Origin: Candidatus Liptonbacteria bacterium
GTDB taxonomy: Bacteria > Patescibacteriota > Minisyncoccia > UBA6257 > 2-01-FULL-56-20
Direction of reading: 5' to 3'
Assembly: GCA_016182105.1 (NCBI GenBank)
Contig: JACOXZ010000001.1
Coordinates: forward strand, 1-53,351
Length of the DNA: 53,351 nt
A program made the position numbers and the translations under genes. Numbering within the stretch: position 1 is the first letter of the stretch; each line of letters starts with the position of its first letter. The notes under the pieces are model-generated. The model worked only from the letters and a program-made list of their open reading frames with translations, was not told where the DNA came from and did not search any database. Of this stretch, positions 44,957 through 53,351 are shown piece after piece.

Positions 44957-44983
44957 TCATATCCTAATTTTACCTCTTTTTTG

Positions 44984-46516
44984 TTAAAGGAGTTTCTCAA
45001 GCAGGCTTTCGCCGGTCATCTCCTTAGGCTTCTCAAGATCCATCAGTTCGAGAATAGTTGGCGCGACATCAGAGATTATGCCAGCAGTTTCATTTTCGAG
45101 ATTCTCTTGGTTCGGAAACTTACGGCCCTTGAACTCTCCACCCACAAGATAAAAAGGCACCGGATGCGGGTCGTGCTTCGTCTCGACTCTCGAAGTCATA
45201 GGGTTCAAGACTTGTTCGAGATTGCCATGATCGGCAGTGAAGATTATGGTGGTATTGGGACCAGAAGCCACTTTTAAGAGCCGGCCGATCTCTCCATCAA
45301 TTAGTTTGACTACCGTTAAAGCCGCCTCGTAGTTGCCAGTGTGCGCGATTACGTCGGGATTCGCGTAATTGGCTAAGATAAAATCAAAAGACTGGTTTTC
45401 TAGGCCCTGGAGAATTCGGTCAGTGATCGCTGGGGCCATCATCTCCGGGTGTTTTTCAGGATGAGGAGTGGAAATCGAGGGAATGAGTACGCGATACTCG
45501 TTTTTAAAAGGCGGCTCGCGGTAGCCATTAAAAAAATAAGTGACATGGGCATATTTATAGGTTTCAGCAATTCTGATTTGATTTTTGCCTGCTTCGGAGA
45601 GCGCGAAACCCAAGGGTTTTTCTATAGCTTCTGGTTCGAAAGCTGCTGGTACGGCTGATTTTTCTTCGTAGCGAGTCATTGTTACTACGTAAAGATTTCT
45701 CAATTTTTTGGTTTGGAATTTAGAAAAGTCTTTATGGGTAAAAACTGAGTTTAATTCCTTAACGCCGTCTTCACGGAAGTTAAAGAAAATTAAAGAATCA
45801 TTATCTTCAATATTTTTTCCGCCCGTAAAGCGATAAGGGGGTAGAAATTCTTCGCTTGATCCCTGATTTAGCCCCTCGTTTATGATTTTTTGGGGATTAT
45901 CTACTAATTCCCCGCCCTCGCCAACCATGGCAAGATATGCCCGCTCAATGAGCTGCCAGTTTTCTTCTCTGTCCATGGCATAATACCGGCCTGTTAGACT
46001 CCCCAGTTTTTCTTGGGGTACATCATTCAAGAATTTTCCAATGGAGCGGGGAGGGCTGTCTTTTCCGTCAGCAAAAAGGTGAAGTTTTAGCCTCTTCATC
46101 CCCTCAATTTCGGCCATTTTAAGTAGCGCTTTTAAGTGTGGAAGCGAGGCATGGATATTGCCGTCGGTTAAAAGGCCAATCAGATTCACGCTTGAGTTAT
46201 TTTTTCGGGCATGGTCAAAAGCGGCCCTTAGCACGGAATTATTGAAAAGACTGCCATCTCTCACAGCCAGGGTAATTCTAGGGAAATATTGATAAATCAC
46301 TTTACCAGCGCCAAGCGTAAGATGCCCCACTTCGCTATTGCCTACCTCGCCCCAAGGCAGGCCAACGCTTATGCCCGCAGCCTGAAGGCTGGTTAAAGGG
46401 AAATTTTCCTCAAGCCACTTCAAATTTGGCGGACTCGCTACATATATGGGGTTTGACTCATCTTTCCGGCCAAGCCCCCAGCCGTCTAAAACAACCAAAA
46501 GTACGGTTTTTTTCAT
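44984..46516 (-). CDS. gpmI: 2,3-bisphosphoglycerate-independent phosphoglycerate mutase
   Basis: LDGWG, GNSEVGH, GRYYAMDR, NFR.D, AET.KYAHVTYFFNG, N.D..AH, TADHGN. Confidence 0.96.
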   Translation of the reverse strand: MKKTVLLVVLDGWGLGRKDESNPIYVASPPNLKWLEENFPLTSLQAAGISVGLPWGEVGNSEVGHLTLGAGKVIYQYFPRITLAVRDGSLFNNSVLRAAFDHARKNNSSVNLIGLLTDGNIHASLPHLKALLKMAEIEGMKRLKLHLFADGKDSPPRSIGKFLNDVPQEKLGSLTGRYYAMDREENWQLIERAYLAMVGEGGELVDNPQKIINEGLNQGSSEEFLPPYRFTGGKNIEDNDSLIFFNFREDGVKELNSVFTHKDFSKFQTKKLRNLYVVTMTRYEEKSAVPAAFEPEAIEKPLGFALSEAGKNQIRIAETYKYAHVTYFFNGYREPPFKNEYRVLIPSISTPHPEKHPEMMAPAITDRILQGLENQSFDFILANYANPDVIAHTGNYEAALTVVKLIDGEIGRLLKVASGPNTTIIFTADHGNLEQVLNPMTSRVETKHDPHPVPFYLVGGEFKGRKFPNQENLENETAGIISDVAPTILELMDLEKPKEMTGESLLEKLL

Positions 46517-46544
46517 TCTTTTACATTTTAAAGGATTTTTTAGG

Positions 46545-46648
46545 CCCCGTCACCTTAGAAAGACTTCATCAAGAATTTAGTTTTTTACGAATATTGAGCG
46601 TATTACCAAGAAAAACGACTGGCGCTCACATCTTTCTAAGGTGCGGGG
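46545..46648. mobile_element. MITE-like element with 4-bp target duplication
   Basis: CCCCGTCACCTTAGAAAGA / TCTTTCTAAGGTGCGGGG TIRs, with TAGG on both sides (46541-46544, 46649-46652). Confidence 0.8.
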
Positions 46649-46654
46649 TAGGTA

Positions 46655-46683
46655 TTGACTAAAAAAGGACTCGGGACTATACT
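46655..46683 (+). promoter_or_regulatory. Sigma70 promoter of rny
   Basis: TTGACT, 17 nt spacer, TATACT. Confidence 0.7.
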
Positions 46684-46780
46684 TGGTACTATTAAAGAGT
46701 CAATAAAATTCTTAAAGTAAAATTCCTAGAGAATTCAAAAACTAATTTCTAGTCCATGAAGAATTTAGGAAAAAATTATT

Positions 46781-48307
46781 ATGGAGAATTCGTTCCCGAC
46801 GCTTTTTGCGGTCGGGTTATTTTTAGGTTTAGTCATCGGTTACTTCGGGAGGCGAGCGTGGGTGAGCCGGCAGGCGAGCTCAATTGAAGAAAAAGTAAAA
46901 TCGCGACTCGAGGAGGCGGAGAAGAAATCGAAGAGCGTTCTGCTAGAAGCGGAAGATAAAGCCAGCTCTATTTTGGCTGAAGCCAAAAAAGAAGAAAAAG
47001 AAGCCAAAGTTCAACTCGAGGGTCTTCAGGATCGGCTCTTGCGCCGGGAAGAAACTTTAGACAAAAAACTTTCGGCTCTTACGGCTGACGAGGCGAGGCT
47101 TCGAGAGAAAAGCGAAGAGCTCAAGAAGAAGGAAGAGGATTTGAAGGAAATCAGGCGCGAGGCCGAGGCACGACTCGAGAAAATAAGCGGATTAACCAAG
47201 GAGGCGGCGCGCGAAGAACTTTTTTCTCAGCTTAAAGAAGACTGGAGCGGAGACCTCGCGGCCTTGCTCCAGAAGATGAGTAAAGAAAGACTTGAGGAGA
47301 CCGAAAAGAAGGGACTCGAGATCATTACTATGAGTCTAGAGCGCTATGCCCGTTCGCATGTCTCCGAGATCACCACTTCGGTTTTTCATCTTTCAGACGA
47401 GGAGCTTAAGGGTAAAATAATCGGCCGAGAGGGCCGGAACATTAGGGCGCTTGAGAGAGCGACTGGCGTTGAGCTTGTGATCGATGAAACACCGGATTCG
47501 ATCGCGATTTCCTCGTTTGATCCTTACCGACGGGAGGTAGCCCGAATGGCTCTTGAAAAATTAATTAAAGACGGCCGGATTCAGCCGGCAAAGATTGAAG
47601 AAAAAGTTGAGGAAGCCAAAACCGAGCTTAATAAAAGAATTTTAGAAATTGGGGAAGGAGCCGCAAACGATGTCGGGATTTACGATCTACCTAAAGAGAT
47701 CCTACAACTTTTGGGCCGTCTCCATTTTCGGACGAGCTACGGCCAGAATGTCCTTACACACTCAATTGAAATGGCCTATCTATCTCAAATGATGGCCGGA
47801 GAGTTGGGGCTCAAGGTTGAGGTTGCTAAAAAAGGCGCGCTCCTCCATGACATTGGTAAAGCTATTGACCATGAAGTTGAAGGCACCCACGTTGAGCTTG
47901 GCCGAAAGATCTTAAAAAAATACGGCCTCCCCGAAGAGGTAATTCAGGCCATGCAATCCCACCACAGTGATTATCCCTACGCCACCCCCGAAGCTTATGT
48001 GGTTACCGCGGCAGATGTACTTTCCGCGGCCAGACCCGGCGCGAGAAGGGACACTCTTGAGCATTACATTAAGCGTTTGGGGGATCTTGAGAAAATTGCT
48101 GAGGGGTTCCCCGGAGTTCGGCAGGCCTACGCTATCTCAGCCGGCCGCGAACTTCGAGTTTTTGTTATTCCGGAGAAGGTTGATGACTTTCGGGCCCTCG
48201 AGCTAGCTCGTGAAATTGCGAACCGTATCCAATCCGAGGTAAAATATCCCGGCGAGATTAAAGTTAACGTCATCCGCGAAGTGCGGGCAGTGGAATACGC
48301 CCGCTAA
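46781..48307 (+). CDS. rny: Ribonuclease Y
   Basis: TM anchor, coiled coil, KH motif KGKIIGREGRNIR, HD motif LLHDIGK, SAARPGAR. Confidence 0.97.
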   Translation: MENSFPTLFAVGLFLGLVIGYFGRRAWVSRQASSIEEKVKSRLEEAEKKSKSVLLEAEDKASSILAEAKKEEKEAKVQLEGLQDRLLRREETLDKKLSALTADEARLREKSEELKKKEEDLKEIRREAEARLEKISGLTKEAAREELFSQLKEDWSGDLAALLQKMSKERLEETEKKGLEIITMSLERYARSHVSEITTSVFHLSDEELKGKIIGREGRNIRALERATGVELVIDETPDSIAISSFDPYRREVARMALEKLIKDGRIQPAKIEEKVEEAKTELNKRILEIGEGAANDVGIYDLPKEILQLLGRLHFRTSYGQNVLTHSIEMAYLSQMMAGELGLKVEVAKKGALLHDIGKAIDHEVEGTHVELGRKILKKYGLPEEVIQAMQSHHSDYPYATPEAYVVTAADVLSAARPGARRDTLEHYIKRLGDLEKIAEGFPGVRQAYAISAGRELRVFVIPEKVDDFRALELAREIANRIQSEVKYPGEIKVNVIREVRAVEYAR

Positions 48308-48317
48308 TTAATTTTTT

Positions 48318-50363
48318 ATGTTTCTAAAACTTTCACGTTTCTTTCTCCATACTTCGCTTTTCAGCGTTGTTATTGTAATGACCTCGACTTTTTTCCCTTT
48401 TATCGGCGGGAAATATTATTTTTTTAGAGTTTCTGTGGAGCTGGCCCTTATTTTTTTTATTCTTTGGTGGGCTTTTGAGACTAAAGCCGGGGAGATAAAA
48501 GAGCGTTTAGAAAGACTTTTTAGCCAGCCTCTTTTTATTGCTGTTTCTATTTTTGTTTTGATTTATCTCCTAGCCTCGATTTTTGCGAATGACACCCACG
48601 CCGCATTCTGGTCAAATTACGAACGAGGGGAGGGCGGTTTTCAGATGATTCATTACTATATTTTCTTTGTTCTACTACTTCTTGCTTTTGATAAAAAGGA
48701 AAATTGGCTTACGGTTTTCAGGTTTTCTTTGGCGGCGGCTATTCTCATGATTCTTTACGGCGTAGCCGCGAATTTTTCTATTCGAGGATTTATCTCGCCT
48801 TACCAAGGCAATATTCCTCCCACAGCCTGGGGCAAGCTTACCGTAACCCGTTTTCAAGGGAGTCTCGGCAATCCGGCATATGTCGCTCCCTATTTGATGT
48901 TTACGCTTTTTTATACTTTATATCTTTGGGCTAATCGGGCTTGGAAAAATAAGATAGTTCAGGGTTTAATCTACGGTGGTTTGGGAGTAATATTTTTTTT
49001 CTTTTTTATTATAAGTCAGACCAGAGGCGCCTTCGTTGGATTAATCGCTGCCACTATTGTTTTTTTGGCAAGTCTCGTTTTCTTTAATTCTAAATTAAAA
49101 AAATTACTACTTGTCGTCTTAGCGGCCTTTATTGTCGTAGGTGGACTTTTATTTTACTATCGCGAAGCTCCAATCGTTAAAAGTCTGCCGGGGAGCAGGG
49201 TTCTGGAACTTAGCCTGTCTGAGACCGCTTTCAAAACAAGATTCTGGACGTGGAATACCGCTTGGCGGGGTTTTAAAGAAAGGCCGATTTTGGGGTGGGG
49301 ACCGGAAAATTTCAGCACTGTTTTTGATAAATATTTTGATCCACGTCACTATGTTCCTGGCAAGAATACTGAAACCTGGTTTGACCGAGCGCACAGCGTT
49401 ATTTTCGATTACTTGACCGAAACCGGCTTATTAGGCTTATTGAGCTTCCTCGGTTTATTTTTTGTCTTTTACATCTCATTTATAAAAAAATTTATACTTA
49501 AAAAGAAAGATTTCCATCACTTACATTTAAATGGCGTTCAAAAAGGTCTACTTACGTCTTTGCCAATTGCCTACCTCATTCAAGGTATAGCTCTTTTTGA
49601 TGTTTTGCCAATCTACTTAAATCTTTTTCTCTTTCTCGCTTTTTCCGGCTTCGTCCTTTCCTCATATTTTTCAAAAGAGGGTAAGGAATTAATTAGCCAA
49701 TCTAAAGAAAAAATTAAAAACTTACCGGAAGTTTTTAAAAAAGTAATAGCGATTGTTGTCGCGGCTGTAATTCTAGCCGTAGCCTATTACGGGTCGTATC
49801 TTCCACTTCGTAAGTCGCAAATGTTTATTTCCGCCTTAAATAGCGATCGCAAGATACAATCTCTCGATGAGTTTAAAAAAGTTTTTTCAGCTCCTCTCGA
49901 TGTCCCATCGCCGATTGGCCAAGAAGAGCTGGTGCGAAATTTGGGTAATGTAATTTTGAATTTAGTGAGCCAGAGCGGCGGCAGTCGGCCAGAAGTTGCC
50001 GGGGAGCTCATTAAGTATCTCGAAAGTTATTTTGATCCCGTTATTGAACGCGGCCGAGGGATGAGCTTTGAGCAGGATCTTTATATTCTCGGAGCTTTAA
50101 ATGAGCTGGCCTTTATTCAGACTAAGCAAACTCAATACTTAGTATCAGCCAAGCGCTATTTTTCGAAAGCGCTTGAACTTGGTCCAAAGCGGCCCCAAGC
50201 GCTCTACGGTATGTTTGATATTTATCGTATTGAAGGCAATACCGAAGAAGCCAAGATTATTGGGGAACAAATTTTAACTCAGTGGCCAGACGATAATCGG
50301 ACCAGAGATGCGCTTCAACAATTTTTGAGTGAGCAGTCCAAGGCATTGACGAAACCGAAGTAG
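48318..50363 (+). CDS. O-antigen ligase family membrane protein with C-terminal TPR-like region
   Basis: R..GSLGNP, SQTRGA, R...W..A...FKERP.LGWG.ENF, DRAH, many TM helices. Confidence 0.88.
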   Translation: MFLKLSRFFLHTSLFSVVIVMTSTFFPFIGGKYYFFRVSVELALIFFILWWAFETKAGEIKERLERLFSQPLFIAVSIFVLIYLLASIFANDTHAAFWSNYERGEGGFQMIHYYIFFVLLLLAFDKKENWLTVFRFSLAAAILMILYGVAANFSIRGFISPYQGNIPPTAWGKLTVTRFQGSLGNPAYVAPYLMFTLFYTLYLWANRAWKNKIVQGLIYGGLGVIFFFFFIISQTRGAFVGLIAATIVFLASLVFFNSKLKKLLLVVLAAFIVVGGLLFYYREAPIVKSLPGSRVLELSLSETAFKTRFWTWNTAWRGFKERPILGWGPENFSTVFDKYFDPRHYVPGKNTETWFDRAHSVIFDYLTETGLLGLLSFLGLFFVFYISFIKKFILKKKDFHHLHLNGVQKGLLTSLPIAYLIQGIALFDVLPIYLNLFLFLAFSGFVLSSYFSKEGKELISQSKEKIKNLPEVFKKVIAIVVAAVILAVAYYGSYLPLRKSQMFISALNSDRKIQSLDEFKKVFSAPLDVPSPIGQEELVRNLGNVILNLVSQSGGSRPEVAGELIKYLESYFDPVIERGRGMSFEQDLYILGALNELAFIQTKQTQYLVSAKRYFSKALELGPKRPQALYGMFDIYRIEGNTEEAKIIGEQILTQWPDDNRTRDALQQFLSEQSKALTKPK

Positions 50364-50375
50364 GGTGGTATTAAG

Positions 50376-52535
50376 ATGGGGATGAAAAAAGCCTTAATCT
50401 TCGGCGTCACTGGTCAGGACGGAAGTTATCTTGCTGAGTTTCTTCTTAGTAAGGGTTATGATGTTCATGGCGTGATTCGTCGGGCATCAACTTTTAACAC
50501 CGGCCGAATTGAGCATATCTATCAAGACCCCCACGTTAGCGATATCCGGCTGCATCTTCATCATGGAGACTTAACTGATGCGAGCACGGTTAGAAAACTG
50601 ATTTATAAAATTCAGCCAGACGAGATTTACAACCTCGGCGCCCAATCGCATGTTCGGGTGAGCTTCGACATTCCAGAGTATACGGCTAATATCACGGGCT
50701 TAGGAACCTTAAGAATTCTCGAGGCCATTAAAGATTATGAAGCTCACGCTGGCAAGAAAATCCGATTCTATCAAGCCTCGAGTTCGGAAATGTTTGGAGC
50801 TGCCCCGCCGCCCCAGAATGAGAATACCCCTTTTTACCCAAGGAGTCCTTACGGCGTGGCCAAAGTTTTCGCTTATCACACCGCTCGCAATTATCGAGAG
50901 GCCTATGGAATTTTTTCGGTAAACGGCATTCTTTTTAATCACGAAACGGTGGCGTCATTTATGCCAGTGTTTTGCAGAAATAAAGGCGAAGAATTTGATA
51001 TAAAACCCATCAGAGAAATTGTAGAGTTTGATGAAAGCATTCTTCGTTATCAATCAAAGCCGGTTTCCGATATTCAAGTATGGGGAAAAGACGGCTGGGT
51101 AGATGTTCATTATGCCTCTGCTTACCCGCATAACATTGAAGACGAAAACAAAAATCCGCGCTTCATCAATGCGCGAATCGGAGCGTATATGGCAACTTCC
51201 AGCCACGTTGCATTTATGGATAATGGAGAAGAAAAAAGAACAGCAGATATTCAAGTAAGCGACAGGATGGAAATGATAAATTTGCCGGATTCCACGCAAA
51301 AAAGCCGCATTTCTGAGGAAGAAGCCGAACTTATGGGCATGATGGTCGGCGACGGTTCATACACTCATGCCAAGCGTGGAATCGGAGTACACGGCAAGTT
51401 TACTAATTCATCTCCTGAAATCCGGGAACATTTTGATTTATTGTGGCGTAAAGTTACAGGCGGCAGCACGCGATATTACCCCACCAAGTCTGGTTTTAAG
51501 CCGGAAAATGTGGTAGGTCAACTCGTTTTGAACGGGGGCAGCGAGTGGTTGCGTCAGCTTGATATGTATAATCACGACAGAACAAAGCGGGTTCCCAAAT
51601 CCATTTTGAATGCCTCCAAACAGATTGTGCTGGCATTTCTGCGCGGCTATAACGTGACCGACGGATTGAAATCCAATCTCTGCGTGTATGAATTCCGAAA
51701 TTTCAAAACCAATTCGGCTACGCTGGCGATGGGTTTGTGGTACCTGATTGAGCAAACAACAGGGCAGGACGTAAACCTTACTATAGAAACCAAGGACGAC
51801 GGAAGAATATTCTATTCTTTAAACATGCTTTCCACGGTTGATAATGGAGAGAAAGAAGCAGAGGTCAGAGAACTTGTCGCGACGGGTATTTCGCAACGGG
51901 GAATACATCAGATGAGCGGAATTTCACGTACATTTATCCGAAAAATTCAGCATGGCGGTTCTCATGTTGCCGTTCATCATTTGCGCAAAGATTCTCTTGA
52001 GGTGAAAAAAATTATTGAAATACCTCATTATGACGGCTGGTTCTATGATTTAGAAACTTCGTCCGGGGAGTTTCATTGCGGCGTGGGAAGAATTCATGTT
52101 CATAATTCGCCTCGCCGAGGAGAGACTTTTGTGACGAGAAAGGTCACTCGTGGTATCGCGAGGATTAAGGCCGGGCTCGATAAGAAAATTTATCTAGGAA
52201 ATCTTGAGGCTAAGCGAGACTGGGGTTATGCGCCGGAGTATGTCGAGGCCATGTGGCTAATGCTTCAACAGCCGGAGGCGGATGACTACGTTCTCGGAAC
52301 TGGAGAGAGCCATTCCGTCAAAGAATTTGTGGAAGCGGCTTTCACCCACGCTGGTCTTGATTGGAGAGAATATGTTCAAAATGATCCGCGTTACTACAGG
52401 CCGATTGAGGTTGAGATTCTTGTCGCTGACCCCAGGAAAGCAAAGGAAAAACTCGGCTGGGAAGCCAAAACGAAGTTTCATGAGCTCGTGAAAATTATGG
52501 TGGATGCTGACCTCGAAACTGCGCAGGGGCAATGA
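50376..52535 (+). CDS. gmd: GDP-mannose 4,6-dehydratase with intein (start possibly 50382)
   Basis: [42 protein letters not shown]|intein|[16 protein letters not shown]. Confidence 0.95.
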   Translation: MGMKKALIFGVTGQDGSYLAEFLLSKGYDVHGVIRRASTFNTGRIEHIYQDPHVSDIRLHLHHGDLTDASTVRKLIYKIQPDEIYNLGAQSHVRVSFDIPEYTANITGLGTLRILEAIKDYEAHAGKKIRFYQASSSEMFGAAPPPQNENTPFYPRSPYGVAKVFAYHTARNYREAYGIFSVNGILFNHETVASFMPVFCRNKGEEFDIKPIREIVEFDESILRYQSKPVSDIQVWGKDGWVDVHYASAYPHNIEDENKNPRFINARIGAYMATSSHVAFMDNGEEKRTADIQVSDRMEMINLPDSTQKSRISEEEAELMGMMVGDGSYTHAKRGIGVHGKFTNSSPEIREHFDLLWRKVTGGSTRYYPTKSGFKPENVVGQLVLNGGSEWLRQLDMYNHDRTKRVPKSILNASKQIVLAFLRGYNVTDGLKSNLCVYEFRNFKTNSATLAMGLWYLIEQTTGQDVNLTIETKDDGRIFYSLNMLSTVDNGEKEAEVRELVATGISQRGIHQMSGISRTFIRKIQHGGSHVAVHHLRKDSLEVKKIIEIPHYDGWFYDLETSSGEFHCGVGRIHVHNSPRRGETFVTRKVTRGIARIKAGLDKKIYLGNLEAKRDWGYAPEYVEAMWLMLQQPEADDYVLGTGESHSVKEFVEAAFTHAGLDWREYVQNDPRYYRPIEVEILVADPRKAKEKLGWEAKTKFHELVKIMVDADLETAQGQ
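50946..52106 (+). mobile_element. Intein (387 aa) with LAGLIDADG homing endonuclease
   Basis: Interrupts NHE/SPRR. Block B TSSH, LAGLIDADG-like LMGMMVGDG and [10 protein letters not shown], block F FYDLET, C-terminal HN then Ser+1. First residue is Thr. Confidence 0.92.
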
Positions 52536-53351
52536 AAAAAGATTCCCGCATTTACATCGCCGGGCATCGCGGGCTGGTGGGTTCAGCCATTGTTCGTCGT
52601 CTTGAGTCTGCTGGCTATACTAATCTCATCGTTCCTACCCATGCGGAGCTTGATCTGCTTGACGCGGCAGCAACCCGAGATTTTTTCGAAGAAACTAAAC
52701 CCGAGTATGTGTTCGGCGCAGCGGCGAAAGTCGGCGGAATTTTGGCGAACGACACATACCCCGCGCAATTCATCTACGAAAACTTGGCCATACAAAACAA
52801 TCTTATTCATAACGCCCAACTCGTGAAGGTGAAGAAGTTCTTGTTTCTCGGCAGTTCGTGCGTTTATCCCCGCGCTTGCCCCCAGCCGATTCGTGAAGAG
52901 TATTTACTGACAAGCGAACTTGAGCCCACGAATAAAGCATATGCGATCGCGAAAATCGCGGGCATTGCGACCTGTCAGTCGTACAATCGTCAATACGGCA
53001 CGACGAAGTTTGTCGCGGTGATGCCCTCTAACGTATATGGCGCGAACGATAATTTTGATCTCCAAACTTCACATGTGATCCCGGCGCTTATCCGTAAGTT
53101 CCATGAAGCGAAGGTTGCGAAACGACCAACGGTTACGCTGTGGGGAACGGGTGCGCCGCGACGGGAGTTTCTTCATATCGAAGACCTCGCGGATGCATGT
53201 CTTTTTGTCATGAATCATGACGGGGCGCCAGATCTTTTAAACATCGGCACCGGGAGCGATATGACCGTCAAAGAGCTCGGCGAGATGATCCGGCGCATTG
53301 TCGGATTTGAAGGAGAGGTAGCGTGGGATGCATCGAAACCCGACGGCACCC
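52532..53351 (+). CDS. fcl: GDP-L-fucose synthase (partial, runs off the window)
   Basis: ATG 52532 overlaps the gmd stop. Translates [20 protein letters not shown]...AAKVGGI.AN..YPA.FI...LGSSCVYP...YAIAK...[11 protein letters not shown]. Confidence 0.93.
   Translation, partial: MKKDSRIYIAGHRGLVGSAIVRRLESAGYTNLIVPTHAELDLLDAAATRDFFEETKPEYVFGAAAKVGGILANDTYPAQFIYENLAIQNNLIHNAQLVKVKKFLFLGSSCVYPRACPQPIREEYLLTSELEPTNKAYAIAKIAGIATCQSYNRQYGTTKFVAVMPSNVYGANDNFDLQTSHVIPALIRKFHEAKVAKRPTVTLWGTGAPRREFLHIEDLADACLFVMNHDGAPDLLNIGTGSDMTVKELGEMIRRIVGFEGEVAWDASKPDGT

Overview
53-kb core-chromosome segment around the replication origin (dnaN-dnaA / rpmH-rnpA-yidC-jag-like) of what is most likely a Patescibacteria/CPR (Parcubacteria-type) bacterium. 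The taxonomy is inferred from gene content and order, the compact genes and the many apparently leaderless starts. The window holds DNA repair and recombination genes (polX, PHP/EndoQ-like, ruvA, ruvC, yraN, pcrA, comM), a membrane-anchored Clp ATPase, tRNA-Arg(CCG), a class A PBP, an 11-kb minus-strand T4SS-like locus (VirB4, PrgI, VirB6-like, pilin), rsmA, an inserted FG-GAP/ASPIC-UnbV gene pair, secG, gpmI, rny, and the start of a polysaccharide locus (O-antigen ligase, intein-containing gmd, fcl). The most striking unexplained feature is a ~520-580 nt ORF-free, highly structured + strand RNA candidate at ~2185-2763. It has its own sigma70 promoter, a long 5'/3' closing helix, many internal helices, loop-E motifs and a terminator. 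Other notable items are a family of short TIR elements inserted exactly at start codons, a clustered 16-24 bp palindrome, in-frame palindromic insertions in several genes, a Thr-initiated intein, and an AccB-like protein lacking the biotinylation motif. All family calls come from my reading of motifs, not from database searches.
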